From: Planctomycetota bacterium
Lineage (GTDB): Bacteria > Planctomycetota > PLA2 > JAEUHO01
Length of the DNA: 64,000 nt
NCBI GenBank assembly: GCA_050248855.1
Contig: JBFWRP010000010.1
Location: 99,008-163,007 of the forward strand
Reading direction: 5' to 3'
Made by a program: the position numbers and the translations under genes. The notes under the pieces are model-generated. The model ran no database searches. It worked only from the letters and a program-made list of their open reading frames with translations, and was not told where the DNA came from. Positions 57,460 through 64,000 of this stretch are shown here, piece after piece. Positions within the stretch are counted from its first letter, which is position 1. Each line of letters begins with the position of its first letter.

Positions 57460-60177
57460 GTGGACGGCCCCACGACCTGCCTTCGCGTGCGCGGCGCGCG
57501 CACGCACAACCTCCGCGACGTGGACGTCGACATCCTGCGCGGGGCGTGGACCGCCGTCGTCGGGGTCAGCGGGTCGGGCAAGTCCTCGCTGGTCTTCGAC
57601 ACGCTCGTTGCCGAGAGCCGTCGCCGCTACCTCGCCACGCTCAAGCACGCGGTCGCCGGCATGGACCTGGCGCCGCGGCCCCCCGTCGATGCCGTGGACG
57701 GCCTGCCGCCTGCCGTCGCGACGGGCTTCGGCGCGGGCCGCCTCGGGCCGCGGGCCACGCTGGGGACGCTTGCGGACGTGGCGCGGGCCGTGCAGACCTT
57801 GGCGGCGCGGCTGGGCACGGCGCACTGCCCGACCTGCGACACGCCGCTCCCCGTCACCCGTGCCGCGGGCTTGGTCGACGAGCTGCTCGCGCTGCCCGCG
57901 GGCACACGCCTGGTGCTGGTCGCCGAGGCGGCCGCGCGAGGCGCAGAGGCCGTGGACGCGGCGCGCGAGGCGGGCTACGTACGCGTACGTCGCGAAGACG
58001 GGCGGCTCCAGCGGGTGGAGGAGGCAACCGATGTCGGCGCCGAAGAAGCGCTGGGGATCGTGGTCGACCGCCTCGTGGTCGCCGAAGGTGCGCGCGAGCG
58101 CTTCGCCGCCAGCGTCGACACGGCGTTCGCCCTGGGGGAGGGGCGGCTGGGCCTCGTCGACGTGGACCGCGATGCGCGCGCGATGCGCCACGTCGCCGCG
58201 ATGCCGTGGTGCCCCAACGGCCACGGTGGCTTCGCGGTGCCGACACCGGCCACCGTCTCGGCCGACCATCCGGACGGCGCGTGCCCGACCTGTGCGGGCC
58301 GTGGCACGGTGTACGTGCTGCCCCCGGAGCGCACGTGGGCCGATGGGCTGTCGCTCTCCTCGTTGGCAGGCGCCTTGGCCCGCGCCGCGGAGCGCGGTCA
58401 GGGCGAGGCGATCCGTCGCGCGGTGCGCGCGTGGCGCGCCGAAGCCCGCGCCCGCGGCCGGGTGCGCTTCGGCGACCTGCCGACGAAGCGCCGCGAGGCC
58501 CTGTGGTCGATGCGCCTGGGCCGGAGCGGGCCCACGCTCGGCGACGCCCTGACGGGGCCGCGTGCCGCGCAGCGCTTCGGCCAGCCCGCGACGTGCCCCA
58601 CGTGCAACGGCACGCGTCGCGGTGCGGTCGCCCGGGCGCTGCGCTGGCACGGCGTGGGACTCGGCGAGCTCGAGGCGTGGCCGCTGTCCCAGCTGCGTGC
58701 CTGGCTCGAGCGCGTGGCCTTGCCCGGCGCGCTCGGCGAGCTCCTGGAGCCGGTGCGCGACGACGCCGTCTCGCGGCTGGCGTTCCTCGGCGACGTGGGC
58801 CTCGGCTACCTCGCGCTCGGTCGTGCCGCCGACACGCTGTCGGGCGGCGAGGTGCGGCGCGCCGAGCTGGCGGCCACGTGCGCAGCCCGCATGAGCGGGC
58901 TGCTCCTGGCGCTCGACGAACCCACGGCGGGCCTGCACCCCGACGAACGCGAGCTCTTGGCGCGACGCCTGCGCACCGTCGTGGACGACGGCAACACGCT
59001 GCTCACGGTCGACCACGACGAGAGGCTGCTCGCGGCGGCCGACCGCGTGCTCGTGCTGGGGCCCGGCGCAGGTGCAGAAGGCGGTCGCGTCCTCTTCGAG
59101 GGGACGCTCGCGGCGGCCGCGAAGGACGCAGAGGCCGGGCCCTTGCTGCCGCGCGCGCCCGACCGGCTCGAGCTGGCGCATGGGCCGGCGGCAGGCACGC
59201 GGCATCTCGCCGTGCGCGGCGCGCGCGCGCGCACGCTGCGCTCGATCGACGTCGCGTTCCCGCTGGGGCACGTCAGCGTGGTGGCGGGCGTGAGCGGAGC
59301 CGGCAAGAGCACGCTCGTGCTCGACGTCCTTGCACCGGCCGTGCAGCGCGCGATCGCGGGTGGAGGGCTGGCCGACCTGCCGCTCGACGGCCTCGACGGC
59401 GCGTCGAGCCTGACCGGCGTCATCGTGGGCGCGGGCCGACCGGGCCGCCATCCCCGCGCCACGGCAGCGACCGTGCTCGGTGTCGCCTCGCCCCTGCGCT
59501 CGCTCTTCGCACGGACGCTCGAGGCCAAGGCCCGCGGCTGGAACGCCGCGTGGTTCGGCACGCATGCACCCGGCGGACGCTGCGAGACCTGCGCGGGCAC
59601 GGGCTGGCGGACGCTGGCCTTGCCCGACGCCCCCGCCGTGCGCGTGCCGTGCGACGTCTGCGGCGGGCGCCGGTTCCGGGCCGAAGCCGAACGCGCGCGT
59701 TGGCGCGGGCTGTCGCTGGCCGACGTGCTGGAGCGTCCGCTGGCGGAGATGGCCGACGTGTTCCGCGACGTGCCCGCGCTCGGCGGGCCGCTCGGGGCCG
59801 CGCGCGACGTGGGCCTTGGCTACGTGCGCCTCGGCGAGCCGCTCCACGCCTTGAGCTCGGGCGAAGGCCTGCGCCTGCGCCTGGCCGCGGCGCTCGGACG
59901 TGCGGGCCTGCAGCCCACGCTCTTCGTGCTCGACGAGCCGTGCCTGGGGCTGCACCCGCTCGACGTGCGGCGTCTGCTCCAGGCCTTCGACCGCCTCGTG
60001 GAACGCGGCCACACCGTCATCACGGTCGAGCATCACGTCGAGGTGATGGCGCATGCGGCCCACGTGGTCGAGCTCGGACCGGGACCCGGCGACGACGGCG
60101 GGCGCGTGGTGTTCGCCGGGTCGCCCCGGGAGCTCGCGCGCGCGGACACGTCCACCGGCCGCCTCCTACGCCCGTAG
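57460..60177 (+). CDS. uvrA: Divergent UvrA-family ABC ATPase
   Basis: GARTHNL, GVSGSGKSS, LSGGE and DEPTAGLH, then a second NBD with GVSGAGKST and DEPCLGLH. Several CxxC zinc modules. Confidence 0.8.
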   Translation: MDGPTTCLRVRGARTHNLRDVDVDILRGAWTAVVGVSGSGKSSLVFDTLVAESRRRYLATLKHAVAGMDLAPRPPVDAVDGLPPAVATGFGAGRLGPRATLGTLADVARAVQTLAARLGTAHCPTCDTPLPVTRAAGLVDELLALPAGTRLVLVAEAAARGAEAVDAAREAGYVRVRREDGRLQRVEEATDVGAEEALGIVVDRLVVAEGARERFAASVDTAFALGEGRLGLVDVDRDARAMRHVAAMPWCPNGHGGFAVPTPATVSADHPDGACPTCAGRGTVYVLPPERTWADGLSLSSLAGALARAAERGQGEAIRRAVRAWRAEARARGRVRFGDLPTKRREALWSMRLGRSGPTLGDALTGPRAAQRFGQPATCPTCNGTRRGAVARALRWHGVGLGELEAWPLSQLRAWLERVALPGALGELLEPVRDDAVSRLAFLGDVGLGYLALGRAADTLSGGEVRRAELAATCAARMSGLLLALDEPTAGLHPDERELLARRLRTVVDDGNTLLTVDHDERLLAAADRVLVLGPGAGAEGGRVLFEGTLAAAAKDAEAGPLLPRAPDRLELAHGPAAGTRHLAVRGARARTLRSIDVAFPLGHVSVVAGVSGAGKSTLVLDVLAPAVQRAIAGGGLADLPLDGLDGASSLTGVIVGAGRPGRHPRATAATVLGVASPLRSLFARTLEAKARGWNAAWFGTHAPGGRCETCAGTGWRTLALPDAPAVRVPCDVCGGRRFRAEAERARWRGLSLADVLERPLAEMADVFRDVPALGGPLGAARDVGLGYVRLGEPLHALSSGEGLRLRLAAALGRAGLQPTLFVLDEPCLGLHPLDVRRLLQAFDRLVERGHTVITVEHHVEVMAHAAHVVELGPGPGDDGGRVVFAGSPRELARADTSTGRLLRP

Positions 60178-61503
60178 GTGCGGCGCGGCCTCCGCGAGAA
60201 CCGCTCGGGCCGCGCGCTCGGCGACGTCCGAGGTGACCAAGCGTGCCCGGACGGTCTCGAGGTCCGCGCGCGTGGCGGACCAGCGCGCGGGATCGGCGAG
60301 CGGCGCCAGCAGGTCGTCGGCGGCCGATGCGGCTTCGCGGGTGCCGGCCAGCAGACGCTCGGGGACGACGCGACGGCCGGCGACGAGGTTGGGCAGCAAG
60401 ATGAAAGGCGCCGTGACGCCGAGCCACGCCAGCACGCGCTTGGCGCGCCCGACCCGGTAGAGCCCGGCGTGGGGAACGAGCGCGACGGCCAGCTCCGCCG
60501 TGGCCGTGCCGCTGCAGGCGAGCGCGCCGAGCAAGGGCAGACCCCCGGCGTCCGGTGCCAGCGCAGGGGCGCCGTCGATCGTCCGCCAGCCGGCTTCGAG
60601 CGCCTCGCGGTGCGCGGGGTCCGCCAAGCGCGGCACGAAGCGCGTCGGCCCACGGCGCGCGACGAGCTCGCGCGCGAGCAGGCCCAGGAGCGGCGCGGTA
60701 CCGGAGATCTCCTGCCGGCGGCTCCCTGGCCAGATCTCCACGACGGCCTCGCCCCCGGGCGGCTCCGCGGGCGTTCGCGGCGCGGGCGCGGGGGCCTCGA
60801 ACAGCGGATGGCCGACGTGCCACGTCGGGATGCCGCCGCCTGCGAGCAACGGCACCTCGAAGGGAAACGAAGCGAGCAGGCGATGGAGGGCCCGCCGGCA
60901 GCGAACGACCCGCCACGGCCCATGGGCCCAGATCTGCGGGGCCACGAGATGGATCGTGCGTACCCCCCGCGTCTTGGCGAAGCGCGCCAGGCGCAGGTTG
61001 AGGCCGGGGAAGTCCACCGTGAGCAAGACGTCCGGCGGGGCGACGCGCCAGCGCGCGAACGTCCGCGCCAGCAGCGACCACCACGTCCCGATCGACGCGA
61101 GGACCGCCGTGAAGCCCATCACGGCGTCCTGCGTGAGGTCCCGACGCAGCGTGGCCCCTGCGGCTCGCGTGGCGGGGCCGGCCATCGCCTCGATGAGCAG
61201 GTCCGGAGCGCGGCGGCGCAGCGCCGCCACGACGGGCGCCACGAGGCGATCACCGGACGCCTCGCCCGCCACGATCTCCAGCCGCCGGCCCGCGAAGCGA
61301 GCCGGGTCGACGGCCGGCGGGTCGACGGGCGCCGGCGGCGGCTCGGCCAAGGTGAGACGCCGCTTCGCCCGGAGCCCCGGTCCCAGCACCCAACCGAACA
61401 GCAGGAACAGGAGGATGGGGACGAGGTTGAGGAGCACGAGGCCGAGGATGCCCGCGACCGCGAGGTGGTCGCGCCACCCCGCGCGCGGATCACTCGTCGG
61501 CAT
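60166..61503 (-). CDS. lpxB: Lipid-A-disaccharide synthase with an N-terminal hydrophobic extension
   Basis: VAGEASGD, AVMGF, VDFPGLN, VAPQIWA, FPFE, VGHPL, PGSRRQE, SGTATAE and LPNLV. Confidence 0.9.
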   Translation of the reverse strand: MPTSDPRAGWRDHLAVAGILGLVLLNLVPILLFLLFGWVLGPGLRAKRRLTLAEPPPAPVDPPAVDPARFAGRRLEIVAGEASGDRLVAPVVAALRRRAPDLLIEAMAGPATRAAGATLRRDLTQDAVMGFTAVLASIGTWWSLLARTFARWRVAPPDVLLTVDFPGLNLRLARFAKTRGVRTIHLVAPQIWAHGPWRVVRCRRALHRLLASFPFEVPLLAGGGIPTWHVGHPLFEAPAPAPRTPAEPPGGEAVVEIWPGSRRQEISGTAPLLGLLARELVARRGPTRFVPRLADPAHREALEAGWRTIDGAPALAPDAGGLPLLGALACSGTATAELAVALVPHAGLYRVGRAKRVLAWLGVTAPFILLPNLVAGRRVVPERLLAGTREAASAADDLLAPLADPARWSATRADLETVRARLVTSDVAERAARAVLAEAAPHLRA

Positions 61504-62122
61504 GCAGCGCGTCCGTCCGCCGCATGGCCACGAGGCGCGCATGGTGGCGCCCGAGCCACGTGAGGTTGAGCGCGTTCACGGCGGCATGCGCCAGCATGGG
61601 CGGCAGCACGCTGCCCGTGCCGTCGCGCAAGAGGCCCAGCAGCAGGCCGGCGACAAGCGCGAACAGCGGGTAGCCCCAGAGCTCCTTGCGCGGCAGCACG
61701 TGGACCAGGCCGAACAAGCACGTCGTGGTCCAGAGCGGGTGGTCGACGAGAGTCCACAGCGCCCCGCGGAAGAGCAGCTCTTCGCCGACCGCCGAGGCCA
61801 CGGCCAGCAAGAGCGACTGGCGCCACGTGAGCGGGCCGAGCAGGTCGGCCATCGCGGCCGCCGCCCGCTCCATGCCGGCCCAGGCATGGAGCGCGATGCG
61901 CGAGAGGCCGACCAGCGCGAGCCCCACGGACAAGCCGCCGAACGTCGGCGCGAGGCCGGGCAGGCCCTGCTCGCCGAAGAGCCTGCCGATGTGACCGCTG
62001 AACAGCGCGAGGCCGACCGCGAACAGCGTCACCAGCGCGTACAGGCCGCCGCCCATGCGCACGACGGCGCGCGCGCGGGCCACGTCGGCGGGATCCGGCG
62101 GGGGTTTGGGCGTGTCGCTCAC
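61490..62122 (-). CDS. CPBP (CAAX/Abi) family intramembrane metalloprotease
   Basis: GEELLFRG, LFGLVH and HAAVN. Confidence 0.88.
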   Translation of the reverse strand: MSDTPKPPPDPADVARARAVVRMGGGLYALVTLFAVGLALFSGHIGRLFGEQGLPGLAPTFGGLSVGLALVGLSRIALHAWAGMERAAAAMADLLGPLTWRQSLLLAVASAVGEELLFRGALWTLVDHPLWTTTCLFGLVHVLPRKELWGYPLFALVAGLLLGLLRDGTGSVLPPMLAHAAVNALNLTWLGRHHARLVAMRRTDALHADE

Positions 62123-62219
62123 GCGGTCAGGGTAGCGGGCCGGCCGCCGCTCGGCTCCCCTCGAGTGCATCCCGTAGCATGGCGCGCCGCCGACCCGGGA
62201 GGGTCGGGGAGGAGGTGCG

Positions 62220-63275
62220 ATGACGCCGAGCCAGGGCGAAGCGACGATCACGGCCCGCGACGTGGCCGAGCGCCTGGGCGCGGAGCTCCAAGGCGACGGC
62301 GACCGCCCCATCGAGGGCGTCGCCTCGCTGGCCCACGCGGGCCCTCGCGACCTCGCCTTCCTGGCCGACACCAAGCACGCCCGGCAGGCCGAGAGCACCC
62401 GCGCCGGCGCGCTGCTGGTGCCCGCCGGCGCGGAGCTGGCGACGGACGCCGCCCTGCTCCAGGTGAAGCACCCGCGCGTGGCCTTCGCCCACGCCGTGGC
62501 CTGGTTCCACCCGCCGGTGCGCCCGGCAGCGGGCGTCCACCCGACGGCCGTCATCGACCCGAGCGCCAGGCTCGGGGCGGACGTCCACGTGGGCGCCTAC
62601 GTCGTGGTCGGCGCGCGCTCGACCATCGGCGACCGCGCGGTGCTCCACCCGCACGTCACCGTGTACGAGGACGTCGAGATCGGCCCGGGCGCCGTGCTGC
62701 ACGCGCAGTGCGTCGTGCGCGAGGGCACGCGCCTGGGTGCACGCTGCGTGCTCCAGCCGGGCGTCGTCGTCGGCTCGGACGGTTTCGGCTACGAGATCAC
62801 GCCGGAAGGCACGTGGCTGTACGTCCCCCAGGTGGGACGGGCCCTCTTGGGCGACGACGTGGACCTGGGCGCCAACGCCTGCGTCGACCGCGGCGCCCTC
62901 GACGACACGGTGATCGCCGAGGGCACGAAGATCGACAACCTCGCGCAGGTGGCGCACAACTGCACGATCGGCGCGCACAGCATGCTCTGCGGCCAGGTCG
63001 GCCTTGCCGGCAGCACGCACGTGGGCCACCACGTGGTGCTCGGCGGCCAGACGGGCGTGGCCGGGCATTTGACGATCGGCGACGGCGCCCAGGTCGCGGG
63101 CGGCAGCGGTGTCATGACCGATCTCGAGGGCGGTCAGCGCTACGCCGGCGTGCCGGCCCGCGAGTTCCGCGCGGCGGGTGCCATCCACATCGGCATGCAG
63201 CGCCTGCCCGACATCCTGAAGCAGCTGAAGACGATCGAGAGCCGTGTGAAGGCGCTGGAAGCGGGCGGCGCGTAG
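62220..63275 (+). CDS. lpxD: UDP-3-O-acylglucosamine N-acyltransferase
   Basis: Hexapeptide repeats, [19 protein letters not shown] and [16 protein letters not shown] upstream. Confidence 0.95.
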   Translation: MTPSQGEATITARDVAERLGAELQGDGDRPIEGVASLAHAGPRDLAFLADTKHARQAESTRAGALLVPAGAELATDAALLQVKHPRVAFAHAVAWFHPPVRPAAGVHPTAVIDPSARLGADVHVGAYVVVGARSTIGDRAVLHPHVTVYEDVEIGPGAVLHAQCVVREGTRLGARCVLQPGVVVGSDGFGYEITPEGTWLYVPQVGRALLGDDVDLGANACVDRGALDDTVIAEGTKIDNLAQVAHNCTIGAHSMLCGQVGLAGSTHVGHHVVLGGQTGVAGHLTIGDGAQVAGGSGVMTDLEGGQRYAGVPAREFRAAGAIHIGMQRLPDILKQLKTIESRVKALEAGGA

Positions 63276-63281
63276 GGCGCG

Positions 63282-64000
63282 CTACGGCAGGCCCTGGATC
63301 CACGCCTCGACGAGATCGCTCGCGGCGTCATCGACCACGGCACTGCCGAGCCGCGGCATGCCGAGCGCGTCGCGTCGCCGCATGCGCAGCAGCAGCACGC
63401 TCGAGGCCGGGTCGCCCGCGTGCACGATCCTGGGGTCCACGAGCCCGAGGTCGCCCTGCAGCGGCGGCTGGTCCACGATGCCCATGGCGCCGAGCGGCGT
63501 CTCGTGACGCAGGTCGATGTTGCCCGGCGCCGGGCCGCCCGGCACATGGCACATGGCGCAGTTGGCGGCGAGGTACGCGCGCACCCTCGCTTCGAGCGTG
63601 GCCGTCCCGTCGTCCGGCTCGGCCCAGGCGGCGTACGCCGAGGTGTCGCCGATGTCCGTCGTGAAGAGCCCGATGTGGTTCCAGGACCGCAGCTGGTCGT
63701 CGGTTGCCGCGGGGTAGTCGACGTCGCGCTTGAGCTGGCCCGTCCGCACGCCCAGGACCACGCCGGCGGCCTGCGTGTGGCATTGGAAGCAGTCGGTGCG
63801 GCTCGGATACGTCCACGTCTGCTCGCGCAGGCCGCCGGGGGCGTCCAGGTCTTCGACCGGGAACGTCTCGGTTTCCCGTTCGTCGAGAAGGTCGGCGTCG
63901 GTGCCGTCGGGCCGCCAGCGGGACGGCGTGCCTTCCCCGCCCTGGCTGCCCAGGCGGAGCACGCGCGGCACGAGGCGCCGCGTCGTGCCGGCGTCGCCCG
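63282..64000 (-). CDS. C-terminal part of a di-heme c-type cytochrome domain protein (5' end off the window)
   Basis: Two CxxCH motifs (CFQCH, CAMCH), ARVRAYLAAN and a distal MPRLG. Frame is open to the window edge. Confidence 0.75.
   Translation of the reverse strand, partial: GDAGTTRRLVPRVLRLGSQGGEGTPSRWRPDGTDADLLDERETETFPVEDLDAPGGLREQTWTYPSRTDCFQCHTQAAGVVLGVRTGQLKRDVDYPAATDDQLRSWNHIGLFTTDIGDTSAYAAWAEPDDGTATLEARVRAYLAANCAMCHVPGGPAPGNIDLRHETPLGAMGIVDQPPLQGDLGLVDPRIVHAGDPASSVLLLRMRRRDALGMPRLGSAVVDDAASDLVEAWIQGLP

Noticed and set aside
63915..64000. Odd residues (LVPR, GGEGTPSRW) in the cytochrome frame where I recall LETR and an aromatic-rich motif in similar proteins
   Set aside because: They lie in the last 90 nt of the window and may be low-quality base calls. 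The comparison rests on recall only.

Overview
A gene-dense, very GC-rich (roughly 70% or more by eye) window of a bacterial chromosome. The organism is a diderm (kdtA, lpxB, lpxD). A Planctomycetota-like origin is inferred from four large carboxypeptidase-regulatory-like repeat proteins, a zinc-ribbon membrane protein and a prenyltransferase-repeat lipoprotein. Most content is housekeeping: lspA-pyrD-secA-kdtA, xerD, tal, uvrB-uvrC, tRNA-Arg(ACG), corA, argG-DUF1611-lipB-nadA, a GntR/ABC operon and a divergent uvrA. There is also a vapBC toxin-antitoxin pair and many secreted or membrane hypothetical proteins. The standout is one 850-aa ORF (40271-42823) fusing a DUF222-like N-terminus, an HNH endonuclease and a full-length RuvB-type AAA+ motor, with no ruvA or ruvC nearby. 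Four copies of a 16-bp DNA palindrome lie in its HNH-RuvB linker. Other notable items: a bacterial protein with the motifs and topology of eukaryotic GPI ethanolamine-phosphate transferases (PIG-G/O/N); a ThiF-TusA-degenerate ThiF fusion resembling a single-chain E1 pseudo-dimer; a 5x60-bp tandem array behind the tRNA; three sigma-54 promoters in the first 4.3 kb; and repeated leaderless-type promoters. All family calls come from motif recognition by eye, with no database searches, and several start codons are best guesses.
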